Positions 53,766-54,363 of a stretch of 54,363 nucleotides of DNA are shown here, piece by piece. The notes under the pieces were generated by a model. The model worked only from the letters and a program-made list of their open reading frames with translations, had not been told where the DNA came from and searched no databases. Numbering within the stretch: position 1 is the first letter of the stretch; each line of letters begins with the position of its first letter. The translations under genes were made by a program, and so were the position numbers. Source of the stretch: a virus (taxonomy: Duplodnaviria > Caudoviricetes); the IMG/VR virus record IMGVR_UViG_3300027784_000007, positions 1 to 54,363 of that record; one strand, 5' to 3'.

Positions 53766-54131
53766 CTACCTTCCCGCAAGTCGAAACAGGGCACGTCGTT
53801 CGCAGGCGAGCATCCACGCATCCGCGGCGACGAACAGGTGCTGCAGTGTCAGCGCGGCGACGAACAGTCGAGCAGCCGGCCCGAGGGGAGCTTCGAGGGG
53901 CAGTAGCACCACCAGCAGGACGATGCCCTTCGCCAGAGCGGTGAGCAGGATGCCGAGCCGGAACACGGCGGAGCGCATGTAGTGGCGTGCCACGACCGCG
54001 CGTCCGTTGGGGGCAGGCAGCATCCGAACGGCACGTCGCGTGCGGAGCGCATCCACCAGGACGGACACGCCGGCAGGGACCGACAGGGCCATGCTGACCA
54101 CTGCCAGCACGGCGAGCGCGACGTCAGTCAT
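53766..54131 (-). CDS. Membrane protein (holin-like)
   Basis: About three hydrophobic helices near the endolysin. Confidence 0.5.
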   Translation of the reverse strand: MTDVALAVLAVVSMALSVPAGVSVLVDALRTRRAVRMLPAPNGRAVVARHYMRSAVFRLGILLTALAKGIVLLVVLLPLEAPLGPAARLFVAALTLQHLFVAADAWMLACERRALFRLAGR

Positions 54132-54318
54132 CGTGCCGGGAGGCCTGCGCGTCCAGGTCGTGCTTGAGGGTAGTTAGGCGCCGCGCGGCCTCTTCGAACG
54201 TGAGCCGGGGGGCAGGCCCGGACACCCCCAGGGTGGCCTGGGTGTGCTGCAGACGGACGGTGGCCTCGGCGTACCGTTCGGGGGCGGACAGCGAGGCCGC
54301 CGGAGCGACCAGCCTCAC
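54124..54318 (-). CDS. Hypothetical protein
   Basis: 64 aa, GTGA overlap with a partial upstream gene. Confidence 0.4.
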   Translation of the reverse strand: MRLVAPAASLSAPERYAEATVRLQHTQATLGVSGPAPRLTFEEAARRLTTLKHDLDAQASRHDD

Positions 54319-54363
54319 CGTGGCCTCCCCTGAACAGCAACCTCGGCTGCGGTGAGGGCCTCG

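Noticed and set aside
1-54363. tRNA, rRNA or IS elements
   Set aside because: No cloverleaf with T-loop/CCA, rRNA-like tract or transposase recognised by eye; tRNAscan/ARAGORN not run.

Overview
High-GC tailed (siphovirus-like) actinobacteriophage DNA, probably most of one genome. Nearly all genes lie on the minus strand. Read in the direction of transcription (high to low coordinates) the window contains: a lysis cassette; a replication/recombination block (HTH, Gp3-like recombinase, HTH replication initiator with internal iterons, helicase loader, HIRAN, HNH, RuvC, DUF932, Rpf, Orn-like exonuclease); a candidate small terminase; about 13 kb of tiny accessory genes; large terminase; portal; a MuF/ADP-ribosyltransferase fusion; protease; two capsid proteins in a mycobacteriophage cluster-B-like layout; major tail; head-tail genes; tail chaperone; tape measure; minor tail. 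The most unusual signals are: (1) a ~450-nt non-coding region with nested long-range helices under its own promoter (34820-35274); (2) 15 dispersed copies of a ~65-bp promoter/leader element that head small-gene cassettes and show recombination footprints; (3) two tandem QueC-like enzymes and a SPOUT-like enzyme embedded among virion genes; (4) the only credible plus-strand gene, a 46-aa acidic ORF antisense to the ADP-ribosyltransferase; (5) a 10-bp-period repeat tract; (6) a conserved hairpin leader before three major structural genes; (7) LPXTG-anchored and Rpf proteins. All calls come from motifs and synteny read by eye; no database searches were run.
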